Assembly: GCA_040400605.1 (NCBI GenBank) | Contig: JBBAPZ010000002.1 | Location: forward strand, 1-64,000 | DNA: 64,000 nucleotides | Direction: 5' to 3' | Source of the DNA: Candidatus Sericytochromatia bacterium | Lineage (GTDB): Bacteria > Cyanobacteriota > Sericytochromatia > S15B-MN24 > JAQBPE01 | In this document: piece by piece, positions 49,446-60,030 of the stretch | How the letters are laid out: the number at the start of each line of letters is the position of its first letter | Position numbering within the stretch: the first letter of the stretch is position 1 | Made by a program: the position numbers and the translations under genes | Notes under the pieces: generated by a model | What the model saw: the letters and a program-made list of their open reading frames with translations, nothing else | The model's database searches: none | Told to the model about the DNA's origin: nothing

Positions 49446-50539
49446 TGCCTCAGGTGATTGAATCGGCGGCTCAGGAGTCTGGTCAGGCCTTGGTTGAGTT
49501 TGCGCTCATTTTGCCTATGTTGGCGCTTTTGACCTTCGGCACGCTCGAAGTGTCATTGTATTTGCAGCACGCGTCGGCTTTGAATGGCGCGGCTTTTTTG
49601 GCGGCGCGTTCCGCCAGTGTGGTGGGTAACCAGAATCGGATCAGCACCCAAAATGTGAAGACTTATGCGGATGCAACCGGCATGGCGTGGCTTGGCGAAA
49701 GTTGCCAGAACATGAAATCAGCTCACGGTGCCGATTACACGCGCTTTCGGCTTGAAGCGAAAATGGGGCTGTTGGCCAGTCTGTTGCAGGCGAGTGGGGG
49801 CGGTTCGGCGCGGGTTGATACGATAGGCGCCGTTGCTACGCTGCCGCTGGAATATGACCCAAAGCGTCAGCCCAAGCACACGGCCAATCCAACCTACAAA
49901 CCGAAAACGCATTGCATGGTGAGTTACGATGCGCCGCGTGTCGCTGCGCCCAAAGGGGTGGGCGACGGTCTAAAGAAGCTTGCTGAGGTCAAGAAGGTGG
50001 TGGTTGACATCAAGGCCAAATGGCCCAAAGCGCCTGCGCCGCCGCCACCGGCTGCGATGACGCTCATCGCGAATCTGCCAACAGGCCCTGATACCGAGCC
50101 TTTCGGTGCGCGGCTGTCCGTTGCCCCGCGGCCTGTAAATGAAAGCAATGGCGAGCGTTATTTGCGTCCTGATTACGAAAAGGCGACGGGTGGCGGTGTG
50201 GCGTGGCGGGTTGGCGATCTCAAACAGGCGCTTGAAGCTTATGCCACGGACCTCAGCAAGGCCAGTGGCATCAAAGACGCCTTCACTGAACTGGGGCGTT
50301 TTCCACAAGGCAGTTTGCCACAACCAGCACCGCCGACCGGGGGCACTGGAACACCCAAAGCGCCCGGTGGTCCCGGTAAGGTGGTGCCCCCTGTGCCACC
50401 AACAATTCCGACTGCGGCGTTGGCTGCGTTGCTCAAACCGGTGAAGCAGCTTTCCGCGCCGGCAGCGGAAGCACTGCAGCGCGGCAGCAACACGCAGTAT
50501 GCGCGCTTGGTGACCCAGGAGCGGAGGCTCTTTCGATGA
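49442..50539 (+). CDS. TadE-like pseudopilin with a long Pro-rich C-terminus
   Basis: ESGQALVEFALILP...AFLAARSA. Confidence 0.8.
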   Translation: MMPQVIESAAQESGQALVEFALILPMLALLTFGTLEVSLYLQHASALNGAAFLAARSASVVGNQNRISTQNVKTYADATGMAWLGESCQNMKSAHGADYTRFRLEAKMGLLASLLQASGGGSARVDTIGAVATLPLEYDPKRQPKHTANPTYKPKTHCMVSYDAPRVAAPKGVGDGLKKLAEVKKVVVDIKAKWPKAPAPPPPAAMTLIANLPTGPDTEPFGARLSVAPRPVNESNGERYLRPDYEKATGGGVAWRVGDLKQALEAYATDLSKASGIKDAFTELGRFPQGSLPQPAPPTGGTGTPKAPGGPGKVVPPVPPTIPTAALAALLKPVKQLSAPAAEALQRGSNTQYARLVTQERRLFR

Positions 50540-51369
50540 GGGCCGTGATGCGTTGCGCTCAGGCTTTGCGGCGGGAGGAGGACGGACAGGCCCTTTTGTG
50601 GGGGGCTGGCGTGGTGGTGCTGGTGGTGGTGCTGTTTTATGGTGCCGTCGATATCGGGTTGTTGGTGCTTGGCAAGATTCAGGCGCAGGCTGCCGCGGAT
50701 GGGGCGGCTTTGTCTGCCGCGGCGTTGAAGGCGAGTGTTCATAATACGCGATCGCTGGCGTATCGGGCGCAGTCGGGGCAAGTGATGTTGGCACGGCAGG
50801 CGTTGATCGAAGCGACGGGCCTGGCCGTGCGGGAGTTGAGTCAACCCGGTCACAAGCCGGCCCAGTTCAGGGAGTGTCTCGGTCGTGCGCGGGGGCATAT
50901 CAAGAAGGTGACGCTGTTGCGGGAGGGTGTGCTCGAATTCAACCAGTGGGTCACGGACGCCAAGGTGGGGCCCGACGCGGTGGAAAGGGCTGCATCAATT
51001 GGTTTGAAGGGCAATTTGGGTTTTTTGGCGGTGAGCGATCGTGGCAATCAGCGGTTGCTCACCCAAGGCGGGGCGCTTGTTGAAAATGCGCGAATCTCGT
51101 CTGCCGTTGGCGGGGTTGTTTATGGTGCCGAGGGATTGAATCGGAACGGGCATGCAGGCAAATCGCTGGTTCGCATCAGCCCCCGGTTGAATGTCCTGGG
51201 TGCTGGTGTTTTCGGGATCGGCAGCAGTCAGGAACTGGAAGCGGAATCCGCTGCGGGGCCTTTGGAAGCACATACGTTGTGGGGTGCTCTGCCAGCATTG
51301 GATGCGTACGGAATCAACTGGTATACGGTGCGTCTGTTGCCGATTGGTACAACGGGGCGGACGCTATGA
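50536..51369 (+). CDS. TadG-like pilus protein
   Basis: EEDGQAL transmembrane segment; AVDIG..QAAADGAALSAA. Confidence 0.8.
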   Translation: MRAVMRCAQALRREEDGQALLWGAGVVVLVVVLFYGAVDIGLLVLGKIQAQAAADGAALSAAALKASVHNTRSLAYRAQSGQVMLARQALIEATGLAVRELSQPGHKPAQFRECLGRARGHIKKVTLLREGVLEFNQWVTDAKVGPDAVERAASIGLKGNLGFLAVSDRGNQRLLTQGGALVENARISSAVGGVVYGAEGLNRNGHAGKSLVRISPRLNVLGAGVFGIGSSQELEAESAAGPLEAHTLWGALPALDAYGINWYTVRLLPIGTTGRTL

Positions 51370-51974
51370 TGAATGGTTGTAACGACTGTTACGACGCGGA
51401 AAGTGGCCAGGCGATGGTCGAGTTTGCGTTGATGGTGCCTTTGCTGGTGGTTTTGTTGGTGGGCGTGGTGGGTGTGGGTGTGGCGCTCATCCAGGCGCAG
51501 CAGTTAAGCGTGGCGGCGCGTCACGTGGCACGCCAGACGGCGCTTGGGATGGTGGAGCAGTCCTTAAAAAAGGGCGGGGCCGCCTCCAGTGTGCAGGTGC
51601 TTGCCAGTCGCAGTTTGGCGCAAAGCGGGGCGCGGGAGTCAGGAGCCCGTATGGTGGGTGTGCGTTGGCAGTCGTTGGGAGGCGGTGGTGGTTTTCGTGC
51701 GATCGACGGCCATCGCGCGGCGCTTGTCATCAGCAAGCCTGGTGGCATCAGCGTTGGGCGCGGTGGGCGGCGCGGTGCGGGGATCGGGGTCTTGTACGTG
51801 GGTGTGGGTTTGGAAAGGGAGCAAGCGGGGGGCACGCGTCTGCTCAATATCGGTGCCAGCGCGGTGATGCCACTTGAATTGCCTTTGACGGGCACGCGGG
51901 AGATGCCGGGGGTGATGGATGCCAACCCGTGGATTCGCGCCATCGTCAACGATAAACTTGATACCCGTTTATGA
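51366..51974 (+). CDS. TadE-like pseudopilin
   Basis: ESGQAMVEFALMVPLL...AARHVAR. Confidence 0.8.
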   Translation: MMNGCNDCYDAESGQAMVEFALMVPLLVVLLVGVVGVGVALIQAQQLSVAARHVARQTALGMVEQSLKKGGAASSVQVLASRSLAQSGARESGARMVGVRWQSLGGGGGFRAIDGHRAALVISKPGGISVGRGGRRGAGIGVLYVGVGLEREQAGGTRLLNIGASAVMPLELPLTGTREMPGVMDANPWIRAIVNDKLDTRL

Positions 51975-52369
51975 TGTCAGGCCGAACGGTGATGCTAATG
52001 GGGCTGATTTGGGGGCAGTGGATCGCAACGGTTGAGGCGCGTGAAATCTTGACCCATTTTCCAGCCTATCCCGGGTCTGAGCGCCCGCTGCCTGGTTGGG
52101 AGGATTCTCGGTTGGCGATCGCCCGCACTTTAGACAAGCCGGAGGCTGTGATCACCTATTATAGAAACAGGTTAACCCAACAGGGTTGGCGTGTGGATCG
52201 ATTCGAATGGCAGGAATCCTTGCAGGCCGCGCGCTCCCACCAACCGGCATGGCTGGTTTTTGAGCGTCCGGGTGAGGGACGTCTGGATTTGCAAGTGGTG
52301 CCTTATCGAGATGAAAAAACCCGTCAATATTCCTGTTGGATTTATTATCAATCCCGACGTTTGCTGTGA
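51971..52369 (+). CDS. Small exported protein in the tad operon
   Basis: Signal peptide; FPAYPGS..VITYYRNRLTQQGW. Confidence 0.6.
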   Translation: MMSGRTVMLMGLIWGQWIATVEAREILTHFPAYPGSERPLPGWEDSRLAIARTLDKPEAVITYYRNRLTQQGWRVDRFEWQESLQAARSHQPAWLVFERPGEGRLDLQVVPYRDEKTRQYSCWIYYQSRRLL

Positions 52370-52399
52370 ATGCGACCAAACAGTTTAAGGAGTCTATCG

Positions 52400-53473
52400 G
52401 TGAATTTGCGAGACCGTTTACGCGAACGTTCAGAAGACAACGCAGACAATGAGACGGACAAGCCAGAACCCGTGCGGGAAGCCAGGCGTGATTCCGCCAG
52501 ACGTCCGGGATTGGATGTTAATCGTCGATTCCTGGTTTTGGCGGGCGTGACGGCGTTTATCACGGCCCTGATGGCTGCGTGGTACCTGCAGAAGCAGGGA
52601 GCAGGCCTCCAGGAGGGGGGCACAAAAATTGAGGTGATTGTACTGGCTGAAGAAGTGAAGGCGGGGCAGGCGTTGAACACCGATCGCCTGGGTACTGCGC
52701 TGATTCCCAAGGCCTATTTACCGGAAGGCTATCTCACCGAGATGGCCAAGGTGGAAGGGAAGGTTGCGATCGCTCCGATGGTGAGGGGCGAACCTGTGAT
52801 CGAAAAACGGATCAGCGCCCCCAATCCCGCACTTGGCATCGCTTATCTGCTCAAATCGGGTGAACGCGCCAAAACCATCACGGTGGACGCTGCCTCCGGT
52901 GTTGCTGGTTTGCTACGACCCGGAAACGATGTCGATCTGCTTGCAACGATTCCTGACCCCAATCAGGATGGACGCCGCATCAGTACGCCCGTTGCTCAAA
53001 AAGCGCGGGTCATCGCGGTTGGCAAACACCTCTATGGCGAAGTGCCCCGTCTCGACGAGAACGGTGAACCCATCAGTGATGACACCAGTGGGGGCATCTC
53101 GTCAGACAGCACGGTGACCCTGGCATTGCCGGCCAGCAAGATTGGCCTGATTTCACTGCTGGAAGACCTTGGCAATCTCAAAATCGTTTTGCGTGGCGAT
53201 GGGGAGACTGTTGTCAGTACCACACCATTTTCGGATGATGTCATCATGTCACTGGTCAGCGGTCAGATCCCCACGCGAGTGACCAAGGTAAGAGCCCCGG
53301 AAAAACCCGTTAACATCCGGCAAGCCCCCGTGCGCCAGACAGTTACCGCTCGGCCCAGTCGACGCACCGTGGCCGCACCGGCCAGACAGGCACCGGTTGT
53401 TGTGAAACAGGCACCCAAACGACCGGTCAGTCAGCCGGAAGTGATTCGTTTTGGCGGTGCAACGGATCAGTAA
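52400..53473 (+). CDS. cpaB: Flp pilus assembly protein CpaB/RcpC
   Basis: Transmembrane helix, SAF domain, GVAGLLRPGNDVDL, ARVIAVG. Confidence 0.92.
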   Translation: MNLRDRLRERSEDNADNETDKPEPVREARRDSARRPGLDVNRRFLVLAGVTAFITALMAAWYLQKQGAGLQEGGTKIEVIVLAEEVKAGQALNTDRLGTALIPKAYLPEGYLTEMAKVEGKVAIAPMVRGEPVIEKRISAPNPALGIAYLLKSGERAKTITVDAASGVAGLLRPGNDVDLLATIPDPNQDGRRISTPVAQKARVIAVGKHLYGEVPRLDENGEPISDDTSGGISSDSTVTLALPASKIGLISLLEDLGNLKIVLRGDGETVVSTTPFSDDVIMSLVSGQIPTRVTKVRAPEKPVNIRQAPVRQTVTARPSRRTVAAPARQAPVVVKQAPKRPVSQPEVIRFGGATDQ

Positions 53474-53852
53474 CATCAGGCATTCACGGGCTGTCATTCA
53501 AAAACAGCCCAAACCTGATCACCAGTCACCAGGCATTCGACAGTTTGCGGCGAGAAATCCTGGAAACCAAGTCATCGTCTTACCCGTTAGACATATGCGA
53601 TCGATCAAACGATCTGGTTCAGCTTGCAGGCGAGGCGTCCTGAATCAGGTATCCGAAGGGTGTTTCAAGCACTTTGTGCTTTTATGGGATGGCGAATGCG
53701 CGATTCCTCTTTTCTGGGTGATGCGTGTGAGTTTTTGGGATGTCGCCCGCCTGGCAGCGTTGGTGCTGCCATGATTGGATACTGCCCGTAACAAGGGCCT
53801 CGTTTCGGGTATAAGCCAATCACGTTATGCATGAATTGAAACGAGGCGCATC

Positions 53853-54893
53853 GTGTTGACCCGGTCTGGAATGCTTCACCTGCTGGTTGCCGCCAGTGCG
53901 TGTCAGCTGTTTATCAGTGAGCCGGCTGCGGCCCAAAGTCCTGATATCGTGGTTCCTTTGGGCACGACGTTGTTGCTGACCATCCCGGATGGTGTTGAGC
54001 GGATTGTTGTCGGAGATTCCAGTATCGCAGACGTCGTGGTGGTCAGTGGTTCCGGTAACCGCGAAATTCTGGTTAACGGCAAAAAAAATGGCTTCACCAA
54101 TTTCTATGTTTGGCCCAATCGGGGGCCTGCCAGGCCTTATCGGCTGGAGGTGGCATCGAACCCACGCAACGAGTCGGTTGCCGTGCGGGTACAGGTGATA
54201 GAAGCGACTGAGCGTCGGAATGGTGCTGCCGGCATTCGTTGGAATGATGTGGTGGGTTTTAGTGAAGCATCGCCCAATGCGCCGTTTCGCTTTGGTTTGC
54301 CGATTCGCAACGATGTGTTGAAGGCGACTTTGCAGACTTTGGCGGTGGATCGCGACATCAATGTGCTGGCGGCGCCCACTTTGGTAATCCAAAACGGCAA
54401 AAAAGGGTCGTTTTTGGCAGGGGGCGAGGTGCCAGTGCCCTTGATGCAAACCACAGGTGGGGGTGTTGCTTATACGGTTGAGTGGAAACAGTTTGGCGTG
54501 AAACTGGATGTGGAACCGCGGTTGGAGGGCGCAAACGATATCGTGCTGCGGCTGAAGCCGGAGGTATCCAGTGTGGATGCGGAAAATGCGATACAGTTGC
54601 GTGATTTGTCCGTGCCCGGTTTTTCGACGCGTTCAGCCGAAACGACAGTAACCTTGCGTGAGGGGGAGTCTTTGGTTTTGGCGGGTTTGTTGCGCAAGGA
54701 TCGCATCAAGACGATTAGCAAGTTGCCTGTATTGGGTGACATTCCATTGTTGGGCAATCTGTTTGGTAGCACCCAGTATGACGAACGCGCCAGTGAACTG
54801 GTTTTTATCGTTACCCCGTCGGTGGTGACGCGAAACCCGGTGTTGCCTGAATCCGAGTATGGCAAGGGTCGCCCGGGGCAGCGCAGCAAATGA
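53853..54893 (+). CDS. cpaC: Tad secretin CpaC/RcpA (compact form)
   Basis: [10 protein letters not shown]-domain; [31 protein letters not shown] and ELVFIVTP motifs. Confidence 0.92.
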   Translation: MLTRSGMLHLLVAASACQLFISEPAAAQSPDIVVPLGTTLLLTIPDGVERIVVGDSSIADVVVVSGSGNREILVNGKKNGFTNFYVWPNRGPARPYRLEVASNPRNESVAVRVQVIEATERRNGAAGIRWNDVVGFSEASPNAPFRFGLPIRNDVLKATLQTLAVDRDINVLAAPTLVIQNGKKGSFLAGGEVPVPLMQTTGGGVAYTVEWKQFGVKLDVEPRLEGANDIVLRLKPEVSSVDAENAIQLRDLSVPGFSTRSAETTVTLREGESLVLAGLLRKDRIKTISKLPVLGDIPLLGNLFGSTQYDERASELVFIVTPSVVTRNPVLPESEYGKGRPGQRSK

Positions 54894-57076
54894 CACGGAT
54901 TCTCACCCGGTTGGTGACGATTTTTGGTGCCAAAGGGGGCTTGGGGCGGTCAACCTTGGCTGCCAATCTGGGCTTGGCGCTTGCCAATCAAGGGGCGCAG
55001 CGGGTCGCGTTGGTGGATCTGGATTGGCTGGCCGGTGGCACATTGGCGTCACAATTGGACCTCGAACCGTGTCCGCATCACTGGGGGGACTGGGTCAACG
55101 ATCACGCGACGCTTGAGCAGGTTTTGATCAAGCATGGGAGTGGGGTGCGGCTGTTGCCGGCGCCGCCCGCTGGCGAAGCGGTCATTCCTGCCGCTTACAT
55201 CGTGGCCTTGTTGAATCAACTCGCTGCGGAACATTCAACCATCGTGGTGGACACATGTTGGCCGCATATCAGCCCGTTAATGTTGCCTTTGTTTGATCTC
55301 GCCAGTGTGATTCTGGTTGTGACCACACCCGAGATTCACAGCTTGCAGGCCACGAAGGATTTGCTCGATCGTGCGCGGGATTTGCATTTTCCGACCGATC
55401 GGCTGCAAATCATCTTGAATCGTGACGGCGTCACAGCCGATATCGGTGCCAAAGATGTCGAAAATACGCTCAAACGCCCGCTTTGGGCGCGCATTCCCTA
55501 TGACAAGGCCGTCGTGACGGCTTTAAACCGGGGGATCCCGCTTTATCAAGGCGTGCCCCAGCATGTCGTTTCGAAGGCGGTCAAGGCGGTTGCTGAACGG
55601 GTGATGGGCTTGGCACCAATCGACCTGTCAAGCCGTGGCCAGACGTATCTGACGCAAGCCGCGCAAGAAGCGGCCCGTCCCTTTCCGACCGCCTTGCGTG
55701 AGACTGATTTGCCTGAGGTGCCGCTCGATACGTCGCCAAGCCCGTTCACGGAGCCGCAGGCGTTGCAGGTTGTTGCAACCGATACGGAGCAATTGCGATT
55801 GTACAGGTTGCAGATTCTCGACAAACTCGTTGAACAGATGAAGCTGGAAGATATCCCGTTCGAGCGTTTGGCGGATGATCCAAATTTCAAGGATTTGTTG
55901 CGTGAGCAGGTTGCAGAGCGTGCCAACCGCTTGTTAGACGAGCTGAATTTGAATTTGGCGACACGGGCGGAGCGTTTGCGTCTGGTGCTGGATGTGGCCA
56001 ATGAGGCGATTGGCTATGGCCCACTGGAAGGTTTTTTGGCAGATGACAGTGTCAGTGAAATTATGGTCAATGGTCCCAATCAGATTTTTGTTGAGCAAAA
56101 GGGTCGCTTGACATTGACGGATCGCAGCTTCACGGACGAGAAGCAGTTGCGGGTGGTGATTGATCGTATCGTCGCTCCCATCGGCCGACGGGTGGATGAA
56201 TCATCGCCCATGTGTGATGCACGCTTGCCGGATGGTTCCCGCGTCAACGTCGTCATTGCGCCGTTGGCCCTTAACGGTTCGACCCTCACCATCCGCAAAT
56301 TCTCCCGCAAGCGCTTGGCCATCGCGGATTTGGTCGGTTTTCAGTCCATGACTGCCGAAATGGCCGAGTTTTTGGAAGCCTGCGTGTTGGCCAAGTTAAA
56401 CATTTTTATCTCCGGTGGCACGGGTTCAGGTAAAACGACGCTGCTTAATGTCTTGAGTGGGTTCATTCCCAGTGACGAGCGCATTGTTACGATTGAAGAT
56501 GCGGCGGAACTGCGTTTGCATCAAAATCATGTCATCAGCCTTGAAGCGCGCCCACCCAACATCGAAGGAACTGGGGCCGTATCGATCCGTGAATTGGTCC
56601 GCAACAGTTTGCGCATGCGGCCGGATCGCATCATCGTGGGCGAAGTGCGGGGTGGGGAGGCCCTGGATATGCTCCAAGCGATGAACACGGGGCACGATGG
56701 CTCGTTGGCCACAGGACACGCCAATACGCCGCGTGATGCCTTGGCGAGACTTGAAACCATGGTGCTGATGGCAGGCATGGATTTGCCTGTGCGGGCCATC
56801 CGAGAGCAGATTGCCTCCGCAATTCACGTGATTGTGCAACAGTCCCGCTTGTCGGATGGCAGTCGCAAGGTGGTTGGCATCACGGAGGTAACAGGCATGG
56901 AGGGTGACATTATCACCTTGCAGGACCTGTTTGAGTATAAGCAGACGGGTCGTAATCTGGCGCGGGTTGAGGGCAAATTCCACTCGCTTGGCATGCGGCC
57001 GCATTACCTGGACCAAATGATGAGCATGGGGCTTTCATTGCCGCCGACCTTGTTTGTCCGTGGGGACCTCACGTGA
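54890..57076 (+). CDS. cpaF: Fused CpaE/TadZ (MinD-like) and CpaF/TadA ATPase
   Basis: N-terminal [10 protein letters not shown] and VDLD; C-terminal [31 protein letters not shown] and MNTGHDG. Confidence 0.93.
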   Translation: MTRILTRLVTIFGAKGGLGRSTLAANLGLALANQGAQRVALVDLDWLAGGTLASQLDLEPCPHHWGDWVNDHATLEQVLIKHGSGVRLLPAPPAGEAVIPAAYIVALLNQLAAEHSTIVVDTCWPHISPLMLPLFDLASVILVVTTPEIHSLQATKDLLDRARDLHFPTDRLQIILNRDGVTADIGAKDVENTLKRPLWARIPYDKAVVTALNRGIPLYQGVPQHVVSKAVKAVAERVMGLAPIDLSSRGQTYLTQAAQEAARPFPTALRETDLPEVPLDTSPSPFTEPQALQVVATDTEQLRLYRLQILDKLVEQMKLEDIPFERLADDPNFKDLLREQVAERANRLLDELNLNLATRAERLRLVLDVANEAIGYGPLEGFLADDSVSEIMVNGPNQIFVEQKGRLTLTDRSFTDEKQLRVVIDRIVAPIGRRVDESSPMCDARLPDGSRVNVVIAPLALNGSTLTIRKFSRKRLAIADLVGFQSMTAEMAEFLEACVLAKLNIFISGGTGSGKTTLLNVLSGFIPSDERIVTIEDAAELRLHQNHVISLEARPPNIEGTGAVSIRELVRNSLRMRPDRIIVGEVRGGEALDMLQAMNTGHDGSLATGHANTPRDALARLETMVLMAGMDLPVRAIREQIASAIHVIVQQSRLSDGSRKVVGITEVTGMEGDIITLQDLFEYKQTGRNLARVEGKFHSLGMRPHYLDQMMSMGLSLPPTLFVRGDLT

Positions 57077-57957
57077 ATTTTTTGGCCTATTTCGTGATGC
57101 TCTTTGTCGGCATCCTCGCATTGATGTATGCCGGTTTTTGGTTGGTCACGCGACGGCCGGTTGACTTGGATACCGACATCGTGGAACCGCAAATCGATGC
57201 TGCACAGGTGGAACTGGAAAAACGCCTTCGCCAGGCAGGGCTTGCATTCACGCCGTCTGAATTTGATAAACGGGCTCGGCTGGTGGCTTTGGGTGTGGGT
57301 TGTCTTGGTTTTGCGATGGGTGGTTTTGGTTTTGGGGGTATTGTTTTTGGCTGTGCTTTGGCGGTGACGCTGTGGTACTTGCGGGGACGCTACCTCGATT
57401 TGAGCATCAAGCGCCGCGCCGCGCTCTTTGATGATCAATTGTGTGATGCCCTTGGAATGATGGCCAATGGTGTTAAAAGTGGTCAAAGTTTGCTTCAGAC
57501 GTTTGAGCTGATTGCAACGGATTTCCAGCATCCGTTGCGGGGTGAAATGAATGAGGTGTTGCAGGAAGTTCGGATGGGCGTTCCGCTTGATACTGCCCTC
57601 GGTAACTGGGTTCGACGTATCCCGAGTGAGGATCTTGAGATTGCCACGACGGCGATGATCATTCAGCGCCAGACGGGTGGTAACATTGCCGAGGTCCTTG
57701 ATACCGTGGCTACCACCATTCGGGCGCGCAACAAGCTTTTTAAGCAGATCCGCGCATTGACCGCCCAAGGTCGCGCCAGCGGTTGGGTGATGGCTTTTTT
57801 ACCGGTCGGGTTGTTTTTGGTCCTCTATGTCATCGCACCGGCACGCACGGGTTTGTTGATTTCACACCCGCTGGGCCTGCTTGGCAGCACCTTGGGTGCC
57901 CTGAGCATCGGTTTTGGCGCTTACACCATTTCACGAATCGTCACGATTGATGTGTGA
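57073..57957 (+). CDS. tadB: Tad inner-membrane platform protein TadB
   Basis: [34 protein letters not shown]. Confidence 0.92.
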   Translation: MNFLAYFVMLFVGILALMYAGFWLVTRRPVDLDTDIVEPQIDAAQVELEKRLRQAGLAFTPSEFDKRARLVALGVGCLGFAMGGFGFGGIVFGCALAVTLWYLRGRYLDLSIKRRAALFDDQLCDALGMMANGVKSGQSLLQTFELIATDFQHPLRGEMNEVLQEVRMGVPLDTALGNWVRRIPSEDLEIATTAMIIQRQTGGNIAEVLDTVATTIRARNKLFKQIRALTAQGRASGWVMAFLPVGLFLVLYVIAPARTGLLISHPLGLLGSTLGALSIGFGAYTISRIVTIDV

Positions 57958-57966
57958 GGCCTTGTT

Positions 57967-58908
57967 ATGGTGTATCTGATCGCGATTTTGTGTTTCGTTA
58001 GCGTGGCTTTGTTGCTTTTGGCGATCGCCAAGCCGCAACAGGTCGAAGATGTGCAGGATCGCCTGAAACGCCTGAATCAAAGCCCAAGTGAAACAGCAAC
58101 CCTCAACCCAACCCTTTCCAGGTCCGAAAACCAGGAACCAGCCGATGCCGGCTTGCAGCGCCTGAAACAACAGGTGGGCGACGCATTGGAACCCTTTGCC
58201 CGGCGCTCGTTAACGCCTGAGCAAGTCGATGCCTATCAGGAACGACTTGCCAAAGCGGGTTTATACGGGGAAGTGCCGATTGCCTGGCGTGTCAAGCAAT
58301 TTCTTGGTGCCTGTCTCGGAGCGACCATCGCGACGATTCTGAGTATCGGACTGGCGGATGCACGCTTTGGGATTTGGCTGCCGGCGGTTGTCATCGCAGG
58401 CGGCATCGGGTATCTGTATCCCGTTTGGCAGTTACGTACCTTGGCCGCCAGTCGCCAAAAAGCGATTTTGCGACAGTTGCCATCCACGCTGGATTTGCTC
58501 ACCATCAGCGTCGAAGCCGGGCTGTCACTACAGGCCGCCATGGTCAAGGTCGTCGACAAAGGCCGACCATCACCACTCAAAGATGAGTTCGAACAGGCCT
58601 TGCGCGAGATTCAGTTGGGACGGCCGCGCGCGGAGGCCTTGCGTACGCTTGGTCGTCGCATCGACATCAAGGAGGTCCATTCCGTCGTCCTGGCCATGAT
58701 TCAGGCTGAATCGATGGGCACGTCGATCGGCAAGGCCTTGCGCACTCAGGCAGAGATTGCACGCGAAAATCGGTGGTCCAGGGCGCAGGAATTGGCCTTT
58801 CAGGCACCGGTCAAGCTAACCTTTCCATTGGTTTTATTCATCTTTCCACCGGTCTTTTGGGTTATCTTGGGACCTGTTATCCTTGAACTGCTCAGCAACA
58901 TGAAATAG
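57967..58908 (+). CDS. tadC: Tad inner-membrane platform protein TadC
   Basis: LDLLTISVEAGL, QAESMGTSI, PVKLTFPLVLFIFP. Confidence 0.93.
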   Translation: MVYLIAILCFVSVALLLLAIAKPQQVEDVQDRLKRLNQSPSETATLNPTLSRSENQEPADAGLQRLKQQVGDALEPFARRSLTPEQVDAYQERLAKAGLYGEVPIAWRVKQFLGACLGATIATILSIGLADARFGIWLPAVVIAGGIGYLYPVWQLRTLAASRQKAILRQLPSTLDLLTISVEAGLSLQAAMVKVVDKGRPSPLKDEFEQALREIQLGRPRAEALRTLGRRIDIKEVHSVVLAMIQAESMGTSIGKALRTQAEIARENRWSRAQELAFQAPVKLTFPLVLFIFPPVFWVILGPVILELLSNMK

Positions 58909-58931
58909 TCGCCCAGGCTATCATCAGGAGA

Positions 58932-59951
58932 ATGCCGATGCCTTTGCAAGCACCCCCCGCGATCGTGCAAACCCAGCCACAGCGTCCACCGTTTCGTCTG
59001 GAACTGCCACCGACACGCGCGCAGCGGGCGATCGCACGCGTGCGGGAATCCATCGCAACCGAAACGCACAACGGCATCCAAAGAGGCGCGCAAACCCGCA
59101 TTCACGTTCATCCAGAGGGCACCGCCAAAGGTACTGTCGTGATGTACCACGGCTTTACGGCCGGTACCTGGCAATTCGACCTGCTCGCACCGCTGGTGCA
59201 TCAAGCCGGTTACCATGTGTATGTACCGCGCCTCCCGGGACATGGACAAACCGATACCCACGGCATCGAAAGTCCCCAAGGCCTGCCAGATGGCACCAAT
59301 TGGGAACGCTACACCCAGTTTGCGGATCAAAGCTTCCAAGACGCCGCAGACCTCGGCGGGCCGGTCTCCGTTCTCGGTCTTTCCGTGGGCGGAAACGTTG
59401 CAGCTTGGGTCGCCGAACGACACCCCACCGTGCAAAAAACCATTATCTACGCCCCCTTTCTCCAACACGAACATACGACGGCCCAAGGCATTTTCAATGT
59501 CGTCCACCAGATGGACACGCTCACCAATCGCCATTTCGGAATGCTGTTAGGTAACCTGACACACAGCTGGGGCGAAGAATGCCGCCAAATGGCCGCAAAT
59601 GGCACCCGACCGGGTCACTCCTGGTTCTATCTGGTCCAAGCCTATGGCGCCACCGAGTTGGGGCGTCGCGTCATCGCCAATGGCACACGTGCCCAAGCCG
59701 CCTTACAGGTTTTTACGACCGATATCGATGACACTGCGGGCTTTGCAGCCATCCGCGACCTGTACAACGCCTGGGGCAGCCCGCGAAAGTCCTGGTACCG
59801 CTACCCCGCCGCTGAAGGCATTCCACATCCGATGATTCACCCCCTGGAGGATCGCGGTCGCAACCACACCCCGTTGTTATACGCAATGACCCTCGATGCA
59901 CTCCGAGGGACGCCCATCGAACGCGTAAACACAACATTGGTGCGTCCTTGA
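58932..59951 (+). CDS. Alpha/beta hydrolase (carboxylesterase or lysophospholipase-like)
   Basis: HGFTAG, PRLPGHG; GLSVGG nucleophile elbow; DIDD and PHPM. Confidence 0.85.
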   Translation: MPMPLQAPPAIVQTQPQRPPFRLELPPTRAQRAIARVRESIATETHNGIQRGAQTRIHVHPEGTAKGTVVMYHGFTAGTWQFDLLAPLVHQAGYHVYVPRLPGHGQTDTHGIESPQGLPDGTNWERYTQFADQSFQDAADLGGPVSVLGLSVGGNVAAWVAERHPTVQKTIIYAPFLQHEHTTAQGIFNVVHQMDTLTNRHFGMLLGNLTHSWGEECRQMAANGTRPGHSWFYLVQAYGATELGRRVIANGTRAQAALQVFTTDIDDTAGFAAIRDLYNAWGSPRKSWYRYPAAEGIPHPMIHPLEDRGRNHTPLLYAMTLDALRGTPIERVNTTLVRP

Positions 59952-60030
59952 CGGGCTTGCACCACCATCCACAAATCAACAAAACTTATGCATCGTCGCT
60001 GACAGTTTGTGACGCACGGTAGACGACACG

